A DNA stretch of 46,850 nt, taken from positions 1-46,850 of the forward strand of contig JAKLKB010000108.1 in the NCBI GenBank assembly GCA_023150835.1. Direction: 5' to 3'. How positions within the stretch are numbered: position 1 is the stretch's first letter; every line of letters begins with the position of its first letter. Shown piece after piece: positions 9,647 to 19,377 of this stretch. This DNA comes from Myxococcota bacterium (GTDB lineage: Bacteria; Myxococcota_C; UBA6777). A model generated the notes under the pieces. The model saw only the letters and a program-made list of their open reading frames with translations, was not told the DNA's origin and did no database searches. The position numbers were made by a program, and so were the translations under genes.

Positions 9647-10783
9647 ATGAAGGCGTCGGACAAAAACAGACCCTTGGTTGGCCGTTGCACAGATGTCGGT
9701 AAGATCCGATCCGCCAACGAAGACAGTATGGGCGATCTGCCCATCGATCAGGGGCATGTCCTGATCGTCGCCGATGGGATGGGTGGTTACCGAGGTGGCG
9801 CCCTCGCAAGTCACCTTGTGGTCGAAGCGATCGAAGAATACTTCCGTGATGCACGTGTGGATTCTCCCGCCAAAGCCATGCGTCAAGCCATCTGCCTTGC
9901 CAACGAACGCATCTATCTGCGCGGCCAACAGGAAGAAGAACTTTCTCGGATGGGGTCGACGTGTGTCCTTGCGCTGGTGCGTAGCGGCCTCGCTTACCTC
10001 GCGCATGTGGGCGATAGTCGGATCTATCTGTTGCGCAAAAGCGGGAAACTTCAACAACTCACCCGCGATCACACCGTCGTTCAGCACTTTGTCGATGTGG
10101 GGTTGCTGAGCCCCGAAGAAGCCGATGGACACCCGGACAGCCACATCCTGAGCCGCGCTCTCGGCCCTCGCGCCCACGTCGAACCCGAACTCAGCGAATA
10201 TCCCTTGCGCCTCAAGCCCGGAGATCGGCTGCTTTTGTGCAGCGATGGTCTGACCAAGATGCTCCGTGACAAAGATATCGAAGAATTTTTACTCTTCGAG
10301 CAACACCCCCAAGGACTCTCCGAACACTTTGTGCAAGTCGCCAACGATCGCGGTGGTGAGGACAACGTCACAGTCCTGATCTATGAGTACTATCCGACAA
10401 CACAAGACGAACTTGATGCTCTCGCCAAAGCAGACGACAACCCGCCCGATGCCGTACCTTCTTCTTACGAAGAAGAAGATCTCGCCAACCTGCCAACCGC
10501 CGCCATCGATCGCGCTACCAAAAACCAACTGATGGGCGAACAGCACGAACTCGATCCTCTTCCCGAAGACGCTGCTTCTGAAGCAACTCGCCCCACCTCT
10601 GCTCTCCCAGAAGCCTCGGTGCTCTCTGACGAAACCACCGATGACTCGCCCCCTCATGAACTTCAAGCCCCTACCCAATCGTCCAAAACCTCCGATGAAC
10701 ATACCGATACGCCGTCTCCAACAACGGCTCCTCTTGACACAAACTCGCCAGCATCACCCTCGGCTTCTTCAGAAAAAAGCTAA
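9647..10783 (+). CDS. PP2C-family (Stp1/PrpC-like) protein phosphatase
   Basis: RSANED, VADGMGG, AHVGDSR, LTRDH, LCSDGL and GGEDNVT motifs. Acidic low-complexity tail. Confidence 0.93.
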   Translation: MKASDKNRPLVGRCTDVGKIRSANEDSMGDLPIDQGHVLIVADGMGGYRGGALASHLVVEAIEEYFRDARVDSPAKAMRQAICLANERIYLRGQQEEELSRMGSTCVLALVRSGLAYLAHVGDSRIYLLRKSGKLQQLTRDHTVVQHFVDVGLLSPEEADGHPDSHILSRALGPRAHVEPELSEYPLRLKPGDRLLLCSDGLTKMLRDKDIEEFLLFEQHPQGLSEHFVQVANDRGGEDNVTVLIYEYYPTTQDELDALAKADDNPPDAVPSSYEEEDLANLPTAAIDRATKNQLMGEQHELDPLPEDAASEATRPTSALPEASVLSDETTDDSPPHELQAPTQSSKTSDEHTDTPSPTTAPLDTNSPASPSASSEKS

Positions 10784-10977
10784 CTGCATATCACAAAAAG
10801 ACCCTTGCGCTCAGCCTTTTGGCGCTTTTGTGCAACGCGCCCCACACAAGGAAGGTGTTGACGGATGCCGCGCAAAAAGTTAGACTGGGTAAGTTTTCGC
10901 GACTTTCTCGCGCCGAAACATTTCTTCGTCACGGCCTGTGTTTCTATCGGTGGAAACCCAAGCAATGGGATAAATGG

Positions 10978-13473
10978 ATGCTTGACAATCAAAAGTTTGG
11001 GAAGCGTCTGGTGCAAGCGGGTGTGATCAACCAAGCCCAGCTTGACGAAGCGTTACGCCAGCAGCAAGTCCAAGAAGGACGCCTTGGAGAGATCCTTGTC
11101 CGCCTTGGATATGTTTCCGAATCCACGGTGCTTCAGTTCCTCGCTGCCGAGTTCCGCACACGCTACGTCTCGACCGAGCGTCTCGCGAAAGCTCGTATCC
11201 CCCAACAAGTCCTCGACCTGTTGCCCCTTAGCATCGCGGAACATTACCATCTCATCCCCGTCCTCTACGATCCAGAAAACAGCACCCTTTCGATCGTGAC
11301 CTCGGACCCACAAAACGAAGCCAGTCTCCGCGAAGTCCACATGATCACTCGCGTTCGCGAACTGCGCGTCTACGTCGCCCTCCAATCGGCTGTCCAAGCA
11401 GCTATCCGAAAACATTACCGAGGCGATATCAACGCTTTCGCACCGCTCCTCCAAGCCCAAGGAGGCGTTTATGCGGAAAGCCACGAGACCAATTCTCAAG
11501 CTCCCGAATACAACAATAGCCCTTACCCTGAAAGCTATAACAACGTATCTGGCGGATACAGCGGTTATTACGACGATAACCCCAACCCCCAATTTGGCGG
11601 CGCGCCCGGCACCCCTTCCCCCTATGGTCGTGGAGCCGGAGCCTACTATGATCCCTACCAACCCATCGACACCAGCAACATGCCCAGCAATATGCCCAGC
11701 ATGGGCGGGTACTCCAACACACCAAACGCTTATCCTGCCGCCGATCCTTACGCCGACAACGACGACGATGTCACGCGCATCCACGCCAATTTCCATGAAG
11801 CGCTGTATGATCCTGCCACCCAACCACCCGGACCTGCCGCTGCTCCCGTCTATCCGCCAAGCGATCCTTATGCGCAGCCTTTTGCTCCTGTTGTCCAACC
11901 CTCCACCAACCTCCTCGCGCTAACCAAGCTCTTTACCCAACGCATTCAACGCGAAAGCGCCGTGTACCGCCGCCACTTGAACCTCCAAGAACCCATCCTC
12001 CGCCTTTTGCTCAAGCGGATGAACGCAACACAATCTGAAAAAGATGCGGTATGGATGGCCTTTTATCTCCATCACATCGATAGCGAGCTACCCAAAGCCT
12101 CCCTTCTGTCGATCGCTCAAAGCGAGTCGCTCCGCACAGAAGCACTTCGGCAACACGCCGCCCACATCGAAAACTTGCGCAGTATGCGCCTCCCCACCGA
12201 AGTTCTCGATATCCTTCAGAGCGTGTATGAACGCATCGATGGGAAGGGATTCCCCCAAGGCATCAAAGGAAACGCGATCCCGATCGGTTCGCGGATTCTC
12301 GCTATCCTCGATACCTACGAACATTTGCGACTCGAACGTGATCTCAAAGGCGACGAACTCACCGAACAGATCGGCGCGCATCAAGGCTCCCTTTTTGATG
12401 TTGAACTCCTTCCTCTTGTTGGACGCGAAGTACAACGCATCCAAGACTACGAAAAAGGGACCATCCCCAACGTACTTTTGCTCGATCCAGACACGCAATT
12501 AACCACGCAACTCGAAAAAAGCCTACTCGACAAAGGGTGGTGGGTCCAAGTATGCGCCGATGCCCACGAAGCCGAAACGCTGATCCAAAAACATCGCCCT
12601 GATCTGGTGGTTTTGGATATCAAACTCCCCGATGGCGTCGATGGGTTTTCGTTCATTGAATCGATCCATAAACAATCCAGCACACCACCCGATTTCGTCT
12701 TTCTCGCTTCGCAACAGGACGAAGTTGATCGCGCAATGAGCGTAGCGCTTGATTTCTTAGCCAAATCGACAGGACTCAACCTTATCGTCGCACGCATCAA
12801 CCGCCTGATGGAGCAAGTGCGCGAACAAAAACGCCGAAAAGCCAAAAGCCAAGGCAACAAAGGTCTGACAGGCTCACTCGAACAATTGGGCCTTCCTGAT
12901 CTGCTTCAAGTCCTTTCGCAAAGCCGACGAACAGGCCGCCTGATCATCACTGCAGAAGAAGAAACAGGAATTATCTTCCTCGAAGACGGCCACATCTTCG
13001 ATGCTTCACTCAACGAGATCCAAGGCGAACACGCCGTGTATCGGTTGCTTGCGTGGGAAAAAGGCGAGTTTAGCCTTGACCCCTCGATTCGGCCTGAAAG
13101 GCGCGTGATCCACAAGTCTCTGGACGGTTTGATCCTCGACGGCTTGCGGATGATCGACGAAGCCCGTCGCGATGGAAACGATGATATCTCCTTTGGCAGC
13201 GGATTTGACGACGAATTCGCCGAAGAGGGTAGCGAAACAGGAGGCAATGAAAACGATTTTTTTGATTTATCCTCCTTCGATGAAGGCGAAGGAGGAAAGA
13301 GCGCCCACAAAGAGATCACACCCCCTCCTGTCCCAACACCCGCTCCTCCCACAAAGCGCAGCGGCGAATTCCAAGGTCTCTTCCAAGACCTCCAAGAAGG
13401 CGACTTGGAAGACGCTTTCTCCTCGACCTTCGCTGGCGACGAATCCAAAAAAACCGAATCTTCAAGCCGCTAA
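10978..13473 (+). CDS. Multidomain signalling protein: MshEN/GSPII_N, degenerate HD-GYP, REC and DUF4388
   Basis: N-terminal KFGKRLVQAGVI...LDEALRQQ...RLGEILVRLGYV. Central YERIDGKGFPQG...IPIGSRILAILD. REC-like PDLVVLDIKLPDGVDG. C-terminal GLTGSLEQLGLPDLLQVLSQSRRTG...WEKGEF. Confidence 0.8.
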   Translation: MLDNQKFGKRLVQAGVINQAQLDEALRQQQVQEGRLGEILVRLGYVSESTVLQFLAAEFRTRYVSTERLAKARIPQQVLDLLPLSIAEHYHLIPVLYDPENSTLSIVTSDPQNEASLREVHMITRVRELRVYVALQSAVQAAIRKHYRGDINAFAPLLQAQGGVYAESHETNSQAPEYNNSPYPESYNNVSGGYSGYYDDNPNPQFGGAPGTPSPYGRGAGAYYDPYQPIDTSNMPSNMPSMGGYSNTPNAYPAADPYADNDDDVTRIHANFHEALYDPATQPPGPAAAPVYPPSDPYAQPFAPVVQPSTNLLALTKLFTQRIQRESAVYRRHLNLQEPILRLLLKRMNATQSEKDAVWMAFYLHHIDSELPKASLLSIAQSESLRTEALRQHAAHIENLRSMRLPTEVLDILQSVYERIDGKGFPQGIKGNAIPIGSRILAILDTYEHLRLERDLKGDELTEQIGAHQGSLFDVELLPLVGREVQRIQDYEKGTIPNVLLLDPDTQLTTQLEKSLLDKGWWVQVCADAHEAETLIQKHRPDLVVLDIKLPDGVDGFSFIESIHKQSSTPPDFVFLASQQDEVDRAMSVALDFLAKSTGLNLIVARINRLMEQVREQKRRKAKSQGNKGLTGSLEQLGLPDLLQVLSQSRRTGRLIITAEEETGIIFLEDGHIFDASLNEIQGEHAVYRLLAWEKGEFSLDPSIRPERRVIHKSLDGLILDGLRMIDEARRDGNDDISFGSGFDDEFAEEGSETGGNENDFFDLSSFDEGEGGKSAHKEITPPPVPTPAPPTKRSGEFQGLFQDLQEGDLEDAFSSTFAGDESKKTESSSR

Positions 13474-13511
13474 GACGAAATCCGAGCGATGTGTACACAA
13501 AGGAGAGTACG

Positions 13512-13660
13512 TAGACGCTCGATTATAGGGCAGCCACAGGGGGCCTGCCCCCAGACGCTCGATTATAGGGCAGCCACAGGGGGCCTGCCCCTAGACGCTC
13601 GATTATAGGGCAGCCACAGGGGCCTGCCCCTACGTTTTGCGATCACGCTATGGGCGGATT
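13512..13660 (-). repeat. Three tandem 40-bp units, each with a REP-like palindrome
   Basis: AGACGCTCGATTATAGGGCAGCCACAGGGG(G)CCTGCCCC three times. The last copy reads GTAG-GGGCAG...CTGCCC on the minus strand. Lies between convergent genes. Confidence 0.88.
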
Positions 13661-13766
13661 CCTCATCAAATCGCGGGGCGACAAAAGCTGTTGTGGAAAC
13701 TCACCCCTGCGCGCCATCCGAAGCGGCGCATGATTCCCCCTCCAATCGTACTATCCGCCCTTTCGG

Positions 13767-15344
13767 CTATTTTCCGTCACAAACAGCACGACAGTTTTGC
13801 AACTTTTGTCGATCGCAAGCTGCCGATTCCATGCACGCCATACACTTGCCAAGAACTTCTTCGCTCAAAGGCGGTGTATTGGCTGCTTTGCGCTTGGCTT
13901 GCTCTTCTTCGTACTTTTTCACGCACTGCCCGATGATCTCCGCTTTGTTCTTTTCCACACGATCGATCATCACCTGAAAGAACCCCAATACAGAGGCTTG
14001 TTTGGGATCTTTTTTCGCAGCTTCGTATTGCGCCAAGAGGCACTGGCGTTGGTAGTCGGTGGCTTTGTTACAAAATGCCTGAATCCCCAACACTCCCGAA
14101 CCTGCGGCCACAGGAGCGGGTTCATCGCGGCGAACAGGAGCGGGTTCATCGCGGCGAACAGGAGCGGGTTCATCGCGGCGAACAGGAGCGGGTTCATCGC
14201 GGCGAACAGGAGCAGGTTCATCGCGGCGAACAGGAGCAGGTTCGACGGGAGCCGTTTTGGGAGGTGCGCAGGCTTGCGCGCAAGATGCTCGGAATTGGGG
14301 AAGGGTGGGGCATCCAAGCTGCACAAGGCAATCCAGACAGGAGCGCGAGCCGACAAAGTTGTCCGTCAGCATGGCTTTTTGGCACTGGGCTTCGATCTGT
14401 GGGTCTTGGCTGCGGAGGCTCGACTCCACGCGCTTGATCAACGCCGAAAGGAATTGTGCTGTGGCTTGGTTCTTTTTGTCTGCGCTGGTTGCGTAGGCAT
14501 GATACTGCTTTTGCATACAGAAAAGAGTGTGGCGTTGCACCGCGTAACAAAATTGTTTGGTGCTGATATCGCCCGCAGCAGCGAGACCTTCGTAAGCACT
14601 TGTCTTTTCGGGGGCTGTGACACGCGGAACGGGCGGGATCTCGACGGGGCGGCCTGCGGGTTTGGAAGGTTCAACAGGGCGTTCGACAGGAGCAACAGGG
14701 CGCTCAACGGGGCGTTCGACAGGAACAACAGGGCGCTCAACGGGGCGTTCGACAGGCACAACAGGCCGCTCAATGGGGCGTTCGACAGGCACAACAGGCC
14801 GCTCAATGGGGCGTTCGACAGGCACAACAGGCCGCTCAATGGGGCGTTCGACAGGCACAACAGGCCGCTCAACAGGTTCCGTTGCGCGAACGTCAGGCTG
14901 TTCGAGGCGTGTTACTTTGATCTGGAGCATCTCGACTTTGCCGAAAGTCAAGGAGAGACCTTTTTCGAGTTGTTCGAAGCTAAGTTCGATTTTTCCGATC
15001 AGATCGTTGCTACGCAGATCTTTGTCGTACACGGAGAGATAGACGCGCTCGTTGCCTTTGAGAACAAAGAGTCGAGAAGCATTCCATCGCGGGTTGAGAT
15101 CGTTTTGGACCACTTTTGTCGTCAAGCGCTCGCCTGCGATCTCCATCACAACGAAAGGATCGGGAAGTGTCATCTTGCCAAAGCCCGTGTCCCACCGAGC
15201 GAATCGCGATTTCTTGGGGGCGATCCGCGCTTCGACTACCGTGATCAAATAACGACCTGCGAAAGCGTCTGTGGACCAACCGAGAAAGAAGCCAAGCACC
15301 GCGACCCAACCTAGGGCGCTTTTGAATCGTCGCTTGCACTGCAT
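13767..15344 (-). CDS. Secreted protein: C2 domain, PVERP repeats and two Cys-rich helical repeats
   Basis: Signal peptide ending TDAFA. C2 motifs PDPFVV...TKVVQNDLNPRWN...VYDKDLRSNDLIG. ATG 15344 follows AAGGAG. Confidence 0.8.
   Translation of the reverse strand: MQCKRRFKSALGWVAVLGFFLGWSTDAFAGRYLITVVEARIAPKKSRFARWDTGFGKMTLPDPFVVMEIAGERLTTKVVQNDLNPRWNASRLFVLKGNERVYLSVYDKDLRSNDLIGKIELSFEQLEKGLSLTFGKVEMLQIKVTRLEQPDVRATEPVERPVVPVERPIERPVVPVERPIERPVVPVERPIERPVVPVERPVERPVVPVERPVERPVAPVERPVEPSKPAGRPVEIPPVPRVTAPEKTSAYEGLAAAGDISTKQFCYAVQRHTLFCMQKQYHAYATSADKKNQATAQFLSALIKRVESSLRSQDPQIEAQCQKAMLTDNFVGSRSCLDCLVQLGCPTLPQFRASCAQACAPPKTAPVEPAPVRRDEPAPVRRDEPAPVRRDEPAPVRRDEPAPVRRDEPAPVAAGSGVLGIQAFCNKATDYQRQCLLAQYEAAKKDPKQASVLGFFQVMIDRVEKNKAEIIGQCVKKYEEEQAKRKAANTPPLSEEVLGKCMACMESAACDRQKLQNCRAVCDGK
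14110..14243. repeat. 24-bp coding tandem repeat (EPAPVRRD, about 5.5 copies)
   Basis: ACAGGAGC(G/A)GGTTCATCGCGGCGA repeated in tandem. Confidence 0.95.
14675..14876. repeat. 33-bp coding tandem repeat (PVERPIERPVV-type, about 6 copies)
   Basis: GGGGCGTTCGACAGGCACAACAGGCCGCTCAAT-type units. Confidence 0.9.
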
Positions 15345-15641
15345 CAATGCGTCTCCTTTGCATGAAAAGAACGATAACAAACCCCTCTCTATTTCGGGAT
15401 GCGCGTGGAGTGTGCCAGCCTCAACACCAAAGATCAAGCCCTCTTCATTTTGCACGAGGGTCTTCTTTGGCGGTGTTTGTTGGCACTGCTTCTGTGGTCG
15501 CGATCGTCTCTTCTTTTGCACGAGGGTCTTCTTTGGCTCGCATCAAACGCTTGTTTTGGTGGATGCCTCCTTGACAGATCGGGCTTTTGCAGCCAAATAC
15601 ACCCACTGATCGAATCTGTCCTTTTTGGTATGGAGTCGCCG

Positions 15642-16352
15642 ATGCCTTCGCGTCCTTCTTGGTCTTCCTTGCTTGATCCATTGCTTTTGTTGTTGAGCGT
15701 TGTGTGTTTGAGTCTTGGTTTATGGATGGCGTTTTTTTATGCGCCATTGCTTCGGCACACAGGGCTTCCGTGGTGGTCACAAAAGATTTTTTATATCCAT
15801 TTACCCGCTGCATGGGGTGGATTGTCGGGGATGTTGCTTGTTTTGATCGGCTCCATCGCTTATCTCAATACCCGCAACGAGCGATGGGATGCTTTTGCGG
15901 TCGGATCTGCCGAAGTTTGCTTCTTGTACGGGACCATCGTCATGTCTACAGGCCCACTATGGGCGCGGCCCAGTTGGAATACCTATTGGAAATGGGAAGA
16001 TCCCCGATTGATGAGCTTTTTGGCGCTTTGGTTGGTGCTTGCCGCATACTTTGTCTTCCGCCGCTATGGTGGCCGAGGCCATCAAGTCCGTGTGGCTGCT
16101 GCTGCGCTCGGTATCGTGGGAGCGATCTCCGTCCCGTTTGTTTATCTCTCCGTCAAATTGGGCCGCTCTCTTCACCCCATGCTGAAAGTCGACGAGATCG
16201 ATCCTCGCGTCCGATTGACCCTCTGGGTCTGCAACTTTGCCTTCTTCTTCCTCTTTGTCTTTTTGATGCGTTGGCGTCGCCAACTCGAACTCCAACGCAA
16301 TCAGATCGACTACCTCCATCGCCAGATCGATGAGGCCCAATACCCCGCCTGA
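15642..16352 (+). CDS. ccmC: Cytochrome c biogenesis heme-handling membrane protein, CcmC-like
   Basis: IFYIHLPAAW, Trp-rich WWD-type motif TGPLWARPSWNTYWKWEDPRL, SLHP, and about six TM helices. Confidence 0.85.
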   Translation: MPSRPSWSSLLDPLLLLLSVVCLSLGLWMAFFYAPLLRHTGLPWWSQKIFYIHLPAAWGGLSGMLLVLIGSIAYLNTRNERWDAFAVGSAEVCFLYGTIVMSTGPLWARPSWNTYWKWEDPRLMSFLALWLVLAAYFVFRRYGGRGHQVRVAAAALGIVGAISVPFVYLSVKLGRSLHPMLKVDEIDPRVRLTLWVCNFAFFFLFVFLMRWRRQLELQRNQIDYLHRQIDEAQYPA

Positions 16353-16441
16353 AACCCCTCCCCGCAAAACCACCTTCGCACAAAACAGCAAAACTCTCTT
16401 CCCGCCCAACATCCTGCTTCACGTACCACGCAAAAAAAGTC

Positions 16442-16470
16442 TTGACAAAGGAAATCGCAACGCTTATAAA
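16442..16470 (+). promoter_or_regulatory. Sigma70-type promoter upstream of rho
   Basis: TTGACA (16442-16447), 17-bp spacer, TATAAA (16465-16470). Confidence 0.65.
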
Positions 16471-16879
16471 CCAACCCATCTCTATGCGTGGTTTTTTGAC
16501 TTTCATCAAACCAATCCCTTTCACTCTTCTCAACCTACCCAGCAATCTCGTCCATGTCCGCTAAGCCTTTATCCCCCTAATCATCCTTTCGGCACATACA
16601 GCGCGACACGAACGAAACAAACCGAGAAGCCATTTCCCAACAAAAAAGTATCATCCGTCACTTCCATAGACGTTCCCTGTGCGTGTCTTCTCGACGTTCC
16701 CAACGTCGAACCCTTTCCTACCAACGACCCGCAATCCTAACGCAACATGGCAAAATTCTTGTCATGGCATGCCTTCGCTGTGAAGCGCAAAAGACTTTGT
16801 TTCTTCATGACTTCACTCTTTCCATGTCGTAGCATCCGCCCTGTCTGCGGATCAGCCTCGAAACCTAGGAGCCATCTGT

Positions 16880-18133
16880 ATGATCCTGAACCTCAACGAA
16901 CTCAAAACCAAAAAAATCACCGACCTGCACAGCATGGCACGCGAGATGGGCATCGAAAATGCGCCCGGTCTGCGTTTGCAAGAGTTGATCTTCGCGATCC
17001 TCCAAGCACAAACCGATCGCGAAGGCCAGATCTTCGGTGAAGGCGTCTTGGAAGTCCTTCCTGACGGCTTTGGTTTCCTGCGTTCCCCCGACTACAACTA
17101 TCTCCCCGGCCCCGACGATATCTATGTCTCCCCCTCCCAAATCCGCCGCTTTAATCTCCGTACAGGTGACACCATCTCGGGCCAGATCCGCCCCCCCAAA
17201 GAGTCGGAACGCTACTTCGCGCTCCTCAAAGTCGAACACATCAACTTTGAAGAACCCGAAGTCGCCCGCGAAAAAATCCTCTTCGACAACCTGACCCCTC
17301 TCTACCCCACTGAACGGCTCAATCTCGAACATTCTACGACTCAGTACGATATGCGTATCATCAACTTGCTTGCGCCGATCGGAAAAGGCCAGCGCGCTTT
17401 GATCGTTTCCCCTCCCCGCGCCGGAAAAACGGTCTTGATGCAGCACGTCGCCAACGCCATCACCACCAACAACCCCGAAGTCGCTTTGATCGTGTTGTTG
17501 ATCGACGAGCGTCCTGAAGAAGTGACCGATATGCAACGCTCTGTGAAGGGCGAAGTTGTCTCCTCGACCTTCGATGAACCCGCCGCCCGCCACGTCCAAG
17601 TCGCCGAGATGGTGATCGAAAAAGCCAAGCGCCTCGTCGAGCACAAACGTGATGTCGTGATCTTGCTTGACTCCATCACCCGCCTTGCTCGCGCCTACAA
17701 CGCTGTTGTCCCTCCCTCGGGCAAGATCCTCTCGGGTGGTGTCGACTCCAACGCACTTCACAAACCCAAGCGCTTCTTTGGCGCTGCCCGTAATATCGAA
17801 GAAGGCGGCTCCTTGACCATCATCGCAACCGCCTTGATCGATACAGGCTCGCGTATGGACGAAGTGATCTTTGAAGAATTCAAAGGTACGGGTAACTGCG
17901 AACTTCACCTCGATCGCAAGCTCATGGAAAAGCGTATCTTCCCCTGTCTCGATATCAACAAGTCGGGTACGCGAAAAGAAGAACTCTTGCTCTCTGACCT
18001 CGAACTCAACCGCGTTTGGGTTCTCCGTCAACTCCTCCACCCCCTCAACGTGATCGATTCGATGGAGTTCTTGCTTGATAAGGTCAGCCGCACCTCAAGC
18101 AACCAAGAATTCTTGGAGTCGATGAGTCAATAA
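16880..18133 (+). CDS. rho: Transcription termination factor Rho
   Basis: [33 protein letters not shown]...[20 protein letters not shown] and [15 protein letters not shown]. Confidence 0.99.
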   Translation: MILNLNELKTKKITDLHSMAREMGIENAPGLRLQELIFAILQAQTDREGQIFGEGVLEVLPDGFGFLRSPDYNYLPGPDDIYVSPSQIRRFNLRTGDTISGQIRPPKESERYFALLKVEHINFEEPEVAREKILFDNLTPLYPTERLNLEHSTTQYDMRIINLLAPIGKGQRALIVSPPRAGKTVLMQHVANAITTNNPEVALIVLLIDERPEEVTDMQRSVKGEVVSSTFDEPAARHVQVAEMVIEKAKRLVEHKRDVVILLDSITRLARAYNAVVPPSGKILSGGVDSNALHKPKRFFGAARNIEEGGSLTIIATALIDTGSRMDEVIFEEFKGTGNCELHLDRKLMEKRIFPCLDINKSGTRKEELLLSDLELNRVWVLRQLLHPLNVIDSMEFLLDKVSRTSSNQEFLESMSQ

Positions 18134-18154
18134 TTCCCTTTCGCTTTGCCCGCG

Positions 18155-19255
18155 ATGGAGAACAGATTGCACCTCCCGTCTACCCGATGGTCGGAACGCT
18201 TGTTTTTGTGGCTCGCTCTTGCTGCTTCGGTGTTTGCGCTGTTTATGCACGTCGGTATCTACGCAACACGCCTTGACCGCAACGATTGGGCCGCTCCCAC
18301 AAGCTACATCCGTTCGCAATACCAACATGGCGATGCTGTCGCTTTGATCCCCCGTTGGGCCTTGATGGGCGCAGAGCCTCTGCGCGGACTGCCCGTTTTG
18401 TATGCCGAGCAGATCGCGCAAGAAGACCTCAGCCGTTACAAGCGGCTGTGGGTCTTGCGCGCTCCTTCGCTCGGCAAGTGGTGGTTTCAGCGGTCTTTTC
18501 AACATGATCTCGACGCTTTACAACGATTGTACTGGCGTCGAACGCACAAGCGTTTTGGCCCCATAGACGTTTCCCTCTTTCAGCTTCCTGCCTCTCCACG
18601 CCTTTTGTACGACTTTCTCTCTCTTGATACGCTTCGTAGGGCCGAAGTGGGCCTTGAGATGCCTCCTGACGCTCAACGCGTGCAAGGATGTCCGGCCTCT
18701 TCGCCTGTCGGACAAGTCGACTGGTTTCATCATTGGCGTGAACGACCCGGCTGGCATCATGGACCGCAACACTACTTTTTCGGACGTATCCTCCAAGAGA
18801 TCCAAGACACGCCCCGAGATTGTTTGTGGGCGATGCCCAAACGCTGCCAGATCTTGCATGTTCATTACCGCGATGTCCCGCTGGAGGGAGCGCTGGTCGT
18901 CGAACATGGCATCGGCACGCCTACCCCAAGCAATCTCGCGCCGACCATCCAGCCTTCTGGCACAGACGTGGAGATCGCGGTGTACGCTGAACATCGCTTG
19001 TTGCGCCGCTTTGTGGTGTCTCAAAAACAAGGCTGGCGACGTCATCACCTCGATCTTTCGGCGCATCTCTGGAAACAAAAACGTGGAAGTCTGGCCTTTG
19101 CGATCCGTCCCCTCGCCCCTTCGGATCGCCCGGGATACTGCTTTCGCGCAACCCTTCGCGAGATCCCCGTTCATCCTCGTAACGCCTTCCCTCCAAAACA
19201 TCGCAGTATCCGCCCTCACAACACTTCACACAAACAACCCAAACGCCCATCATAA
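18155..19255 (+). CDS. Hypothetical membrane-anchored protein
   Basis: Long ORF directly after rho with an N-terminal TM helix. No recognised motif. Confidence 0.65.
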   Translation: MENRLHLPSTRWSERLFLWLALAASVFALFMHVGIYATRLDRNDWAAPTSYIRSQYQHGDAVALIPRWALMGAEPLRGLPVLYAEQIAQEDLSRYKRLWVLRAPSLGKWWFQRSFQHDLDALQRLYWRRTHKRFGPIDVSLFQLPASPRLLYDFLSLDTLRRAEVGLEMPPDAQRVQGCPASSPVGQVDWFHHWRERPGWHHGPQHYFFGRILQEIQDTPRDCLWAMPKRCQILHVHYRDVPLEGALVVEHGIGTPTPSNLAPTIQPSGTDVEIAVYAEHRLLRRFVVSQKQGWRRHHLDLSAHLWKQKRGSLAFAIRPLAPSDRPGYCFRATLREIPVHPRNAFPPKHRSIRPHNTSHKQPKRPS

Positions 19256-19377
19256 CGCTGTCGCCCCATCACCACTACAGCATCCGCCCTCACAAAGCAT
19301 CACACAAACAAAACGCAGCAACGCCCCCACCCCGCAACGAACGCAGCATCCGCCCTCACAAAGCATCACACAAACAA
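19203..19377. repeat. Three ~34-bp direct repeats at a convergent gene junction
   Basis: CAG(C/T)ATCCGCCCTCACAA(A/C)..(A/T)TCACACAAACAA at about 19204, 19278 and 19344. Confidence 0.8.

Noticed and set aside
13512-13633. Possible mini-CRISPR
   Set aside because: The intervening sequences are identical, so this is a tandem REP amplification.
13797-15314. 505-aa plus-strand ORF and other long antisense ORFs (e.g. 16865-18040, 23233-24708, 25074-26246)
   Set aside because: These are shadow frames opposite well-supported genes and have no motifs.
19203-19377. CRISPR-like spacing (34-bp repeats with 40- and 32-bp gaps)
   Set aside because: The repeats are non-palindromic and low-complexity, overlap both flanking CDS ends, the gaps resemble each other, and no cas genes are present.
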